Below, one piece after another: positions 58,671-64,000 of a stretch of 64,000 bases of DNA. Origin of the DNA: Mytilus edulis (taxonomy: Eukaryota); contig NC_092347.1 in NCBI RefSeq assembly GCF_963676685.1, positions 70,578,935-70,642,934 on the forward strand, read 5' to 3'. Under the pieces are notes generated by a model, which was not told the origin of the DNA, made no database searches, and saw nothing but the letters and a program-made list of their open reading frames with translations. Made by a program: the position numbers and the translations under genes. Positions within the stretch are counted from its first letter, which is position 1. Every line of letters begins with the position of its first letter.

Positions 58671-58990
58671 TTTTATGCCCCAACTAAGATAGTAGAGGGG
58701 CATTATGTTTTCTGGTCTGTGCCTCCGTTCGTTCGTCTGTGCATCCATCTGTGTGTCCGTTCGTCCGTCTGTGCGTCTGTTCGCTTCAGGTTACAGTTTT
58801 TGGTCAAGGTAGTTTTTGAAGAAGTTGAAGTCCAATCAACTTGAAACTTAGTACACATGTTCCCTATGATATGATTTTTTCTAATTTTGATTCCAAATTA
58901 AAGTTTTGACCCCAATTTCACGGTCCACTGAATATAGAAAATGATAGTGCCAGTGGGGCATCCATGTACTATGGACACATTCTTGTCTTA
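58671..58990 (+). mobile_element. Third copy of the same MITE family (1 internal unit), in the TEP1 3' flank
   Basis: Same termini TTATGCCCCA...GTGGGGCATCCATG and same core. Confidence 0.7.
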
Positions 58991-61900
58991 GATGTAAAAC
59001 CCTGTATAATTAGTGATATACATTATCTTATGTGAGATTTTTCAAATGTTGTTAGCATTTAGTAGAAATGTGTGTAGCATACATAGAGTAGTGATGATTT
59101 CTAGTGCAATGAATAAATCAAACAGTGAATTAATGTGTTAAATCAGTCATTATAGTCCCACTTACAAGTACTGATGATGGGTATATATTGATCATTTATC
59201 CTCTCACCTACTGGTATTGATGTGGGGCATGCAATCATCATTCTCCTCGTTTGTCCATTTAATTGTTCATCTTGCTGTTACTTCTTATAAACCATTAAAT
59301 GTCATGTAAAAACATTCAGTGTGTAATGGCATAGTGCACCTTATATACAAAGTTTTTTTATCAAAAGATTTTTGTGATATTTCCCATGATATAAAGTTTG
59401 TTATATTGGCAGGAGGATAGCTTCTTATTAGGAATTCACACTTTTTAAAAAAAAATAACTGACTTTATGTCAATGAATCTTAGTCATGATAATTTATTGC
59501 TCTGTGCATTTCACATTTTTTTTTTATCTTCAGAATTGGGGGAGGGGGGTTGTTCTCATAGCAAAACCTGCACTTTTCCCTACCGTGTATGTTTACAAAT
59601 GGTGGTACAGAGTTATGAACTAAAAGGCCTTACTCAACAGTTTTTACCATTAATTGTTTTTTTGTTTTCTGTTATTTTTGAAATCCTTAACACTGTTTGT
59701 TGTTTTTGTTTATTAAATCTAAAAAGTTATATAGGATACTTTCTCTTAACAATTTTTCATTGAAAAAAAAGATGTTTTTTTAATCAAACTAAATAGTTGT
59801 TACAGTTGAAAAAAAATTCATGTAATTGCATATTTATAAAATATGATACAGATAAATTTTCCCTACACAAGTGTATTGTATATATTCTGGTTAAAAGTAT
59901 ATGCATTAAAACTAGATCAAAGTTTATATCTGAAGAATATATATTTAACTTCATTTCTCAGTTTTTGGCCTTGAAATATTTCCCACGATGAAATTATGGT
60001 TTTATTGCATCGTTCAAATATACAATTGAAACAAATTTAATTTTGTCGACGATCTTTTTTTTTTTTTTTTTACCTGTGACAACTTAATGTCTTTCAATTA
60101 CACTCCACCTTTTTTTTTAATTATTGTAACATGCATTAAATATGCAAGATGTTGTTGTTTTACTGACCTAGATATAAGTTGGTACCATCGGAACTGAAAT
60201 TAGATACATGCATGTTGCACGTATGACACATCTTTCTGCATAGGTCGCTCATTTAAATGTCAACATTGATGATCACTCAAACAGAAAAGTAAATTGTTTT
60301 ATTGTCTACTTTAATAGATTATTTCGCAGGAGGTAACATTTTATGACTAATAAATATAAACAAATAGTAGAGTACTTGTCACTTTATTTGGTCCAGTTTT
60401 TGGAAGATTCCCATATTTATGTTTAAGAAATCATAAATAATTTTATAAACTTTGCTAAATTTTAATTTTCTGCATTTTAAAAAAATATTAGATTTTTTTT
60501 TTTTTTATTTTTTTTTTTTTTTAGAGGGGGTCAAATTAAAAAGATAATTAGTTAAATTTTTCATAAAATTTTTGAAGATCATTGAAATTTGGGGGTGGTT
60601 AAAAAAATCATTAAAAATACTCATATTTTTTTTTACAAGAATAGGAGCTGGTACACAAATTTCCTCTATCTGAAAAATTGTGAAAGAGTATTTATAGGTT
60701 GTGTGTCAAAGACAAAAGAAAGAAAAAGAAATAAATGAGATGTGAGAAAATGTAGGAATGAAAGTTGTTACTAAAAGAATGTGGAGTATGGTTAACTGTG
60801 AAAAGATGATATGCTAGAGTAAAAGAAGAGGAAGGATGGATGAAGTAAGAAAAATAATGATTGGTAGACTGAAAGATGAAAGCAAGAAAAGTACCGAAAG
60901 TGCTGTGTCAGAATGCATGATGGAAGGGAGAAATTTTGAAATGAATGATAATCAGAAATCTGAGGAATTCCTAAACAATCTTTTATTTCATTTTATTTAC
61001 CAAAATGTTTGTATATTTTGGATAAGTTTTTTTTTTTTTTGGCTCTTTTAAAATTTGTATGTACCAGTTTTGTGATTTCAGCAATCTTCTATTTAAGAAG
61101 CAGTAGAAATCACAGATATTTGTTAACATTTTTGTTGTTATAAATTTGTTTTTGATATATTTTAAATAAAAATTGTTAATTAAACAATCTGTTGTTGTTC
61201 TTTTTTTCCATTATACATGATCACTTTTGATCAGAAGTATGTGTTACAACATATTTCATATTAATGTCTCCTATTAGCTTATGAAGACAGATATTGTTGT
61301 ATCAGACACTTACTTATAGTTATTTGTATTTACCTAATATCCGGATAAAAAGACTAGAGACTGCATAGTTATAATGTATAAAAAATCAAAAAGCAATAAA
61401 ATTCACAGGACAGTTACAACCCATATATTCTAAGAACAGACACATATGAAGTAAAGAGATGTTAGGTAAAACTCATTTAGAAAGCTACCCAGCAACACTC
61501 TGTGACTTAAATAAAAGACATTTAAAGGTCACCATACAAGTACAGCAAGGGTCTTTTGTGTTGGAAACTTTGCCTCCTCAGTCATGGTATTTTTACTTCA
61601 AAACAATCACATATCTCTTTGATATTTGGTTTACAGTTGTAAAAGCATTGGCACATCTCATTTCCTTGAAGAGTATTTGGTCTTGACCCCGCAGTCATTT
61701 TACTTTAAAAACAATCACATTGCTCATAATAAGTTAATGATATTTGGTATGCAGTTGTATAAGTGCTGGTACATCTCATTTATTTTCTATTGGCTTTTGC
61801 ATAGTTTTACATATGAAAGTTTGTGATTAGGTCAGTTTAAAAAGGGCACTAAAATGATAAGTCTTTGAAATTTGGTATGCAGTTGTATTTCCATTGAAAT

Positions 61901-64000
61901 TATTTAGTCCTGTACCTTCAGTCTTAGTTTATTGAATATTTGGTATAGTTTAATGTTAAAAGTACAAATATTTTAATTTCAACATTTGCATTTACCTATC
62001 AAAATTACATACAGTTGAAACATCTCTTTCCACAGTTTAGTTCGTTTATTAAAAGATTAGTCATTTATTTTTAAAAGGCTCCTAACCCTCCCTTGTATTT
62101 CAACTTATTTGGGTTCTGGTCAATTGAGGTAAAGTGGACTTTCACATTCCAGAACCTTTTAAATGTCACATTGTTTGTTATAACTTCACATTAACTGATT
62201 AAGAGTCAATTGTTAAATAACAGCATTTATGACCTCTGTCAACCTGTCATAACTCATTCATAAAGAAGTTGGTCTATAGTCAACTTGAAATATTTTGAGG
62301 GGAGTTTGTTAAGTAAGATTGCGTCTGTTTATCCAAAATATACTTTATTCTCATTTAGGTCAACAATCAGTGGTGTTGTGCGTTTTTAGTGTTGAGCAGA
62401 TATATAGAGAAATCCATTTGACTTTTATATTTTAACCTTTATTTTTTCAAAGAATGACAGTTTTGAGCATAAAAAAAGACAGGATTCAGGTTGTTTCATG
62501 AGAGGTTTAATAACAATAAAATTACCCATTGAAAACAGAAAACAGTTATAACAGATCTTATAATTATCACAGTAAATGAGTTGTTTTCAGCAAGTATGAA
62601 AACATAACAATAATATATTTAGTATTCCTGATACTAAATTTATACATAACAAGATACATTCAGTTCATTAGAAAAAACAGACATGTCCTTTGTCCTTTTT
62701 AGAAGATTTCATTAATTGACTGTTTTCGAACCTACTCCTCTTGGTATATAGTACTTTCCTTCAAGTTGCCTGTAATACAAAAAAAACATTAGAAAAATTG
62801 CACACATTTAAAAAGACTTATTTTATACTTTCTAAGATCTTATAACATTTCCTTTTCAGGTCTGCTTGCTAATACTAAACATCAGTCCTATATATATGTG
62901 GTTGCTACTTAAAAAATAAAAAATGTCTAGGTGCATTAAGAGGAATGATATTGGGTAAATGTCAACAAACAGCAATCCAGAAACAAAAAAAATAAAGACA
63001 TATGAAAGTTGATCTTTATCAATAAAGAATTGTCTGTGTCTTATTTATTTATATTAAATTTCTTGATACAGACGAAATATAGCAATTCTTTCAATGTTCT
63101 GAAGTCAAAAAAAATTCAAATGGCAGAGAAAACATTTAGAAACAATGAAAGAGACTAGCAAGATTGGTGAGTAATTCATGATTACATTAGGTACATTAAT
63201 ATATATGGTAGGGTATACCAGTGTGTGAGTACTCAAACTTTAACTCTAGTATTCCAATGCTAAAAGACCAATATAAACTACACAACAAATAGTAATACAA
63301 GTATTATCTGTGGAGCAAAAATTTAACAAAATTTCAGCCTATAAACTGCTACTGTGACCTTGACCCTGAAGGAGCATATATTGGTAAAGATCTGATTTAG
63401 GGATCTAAAGATATTGTTCATAAACTAATCTTTTTTTTTTTAATTTGTAATGTATAGAAACCCAAGTTAACTTTACGATTGACCTACCAATACTTGAGTA
63501 AATAGGGTTATTTTCAAAAATTAATTAGTTTGATTTTCATGGTTTCTCGTATAAATTAATAAACATATCATACTACAAATATCCATAATTTAGCAGCAAT
63601 TTTAGTCTACCATTTGCTGCTGTGGCATTGGCCATTCACCTGGTAACCTAACAATCAATAGGGTAGTTTTTCATCACAATTTATACGTTACCATAAATTT
63701 TATTAAATGCACATAGGCCTGTAACCTTTAATCTTTGACCTCCTAACCCAATTGTCAATAGGAATCTTTTTCATTCTAAAGGGGCACTTTATAGATAAGC
63801 TTGATAAAGGAGGACATAAAAGTTTGACATGTAGTACGTTTAAAAGAACATCTGGAAACCAAAATTTCCAAAAATGTTGTATCTTTGCTATTGTGACCTT
63901 GACCTTTGACAAAGTGACCTCAAAATCACTAAGGGCCATTCTAAATATAAAAAAAAAACCAATTAATACATTAATATATTATTTTTTTTTACAAAGTTTG

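Overview
This window is AT-rich eukaryotic (metazoan) genomic DNA, not prokaryotic. The repeat content (MITEs with satellite-like cores, a tRNA-derived SINE, CR1/L2-like LINEs) fits a bivalve mollusc genome, possibly Mytilus-like. That taxonomic call is an inference from repeat structure only. About 50 kb (7763-57934, + strand) is taken up by one large multi-exon gene that I read as an ortholog of TEP1 (telomerase-associated protein 1, the vault TEP1 protein). I resolve 54 coding exons whose splice phases all agree. The joined CDS is 8043 nt, which translates to 2680 aa ending in TGA. The domain order is an S/T-rich N-terminus, a TROVE domain, a vWA-like region, a NACHT P-loop (GKPGTGKSALL) and a long WD40 array. 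Several segments closely resemble the human TEP1 sequence as I recall it: AGKRMKL...KLPFMAMLRNL, ISSTFRDMHGERD...DLRWGVTEEET, ILGERYGY, ESPFNNQ. Exon coordinates were read by hand and may be off by 1-2 bp. Intron 14 contains an apparently full-length, ORF-intact non-LTR retrotransposon on the minus strand, about 20620-26800. Its ORF1 is 693 aa with a coiled-coil and a Cys-rich PHD-like region. Its ORF2 is 1183 aa with an APE-type endonuclease and a reverse transcriptase. The rest is intronic or flanking repeat landscape: a MITE family whose copies carry 4, 2 and 1 internal ~169-bp units; a hAT-like 842-bp MITE with a target-site duplication; a tRNA-derived SINE; a composite SINE-like family present as many fragments; palindromes and foldbacks; minisatellites; a 1.24-kb direct duplication; and a 5'-truncated LINE 3' fragment. 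No prokaryotic-style system is present. The features that most merit follow-up are the lineage-specific RGG-box insertions in the TEP1 TROVE region, the intact intronic LINE and the structured MITE families.
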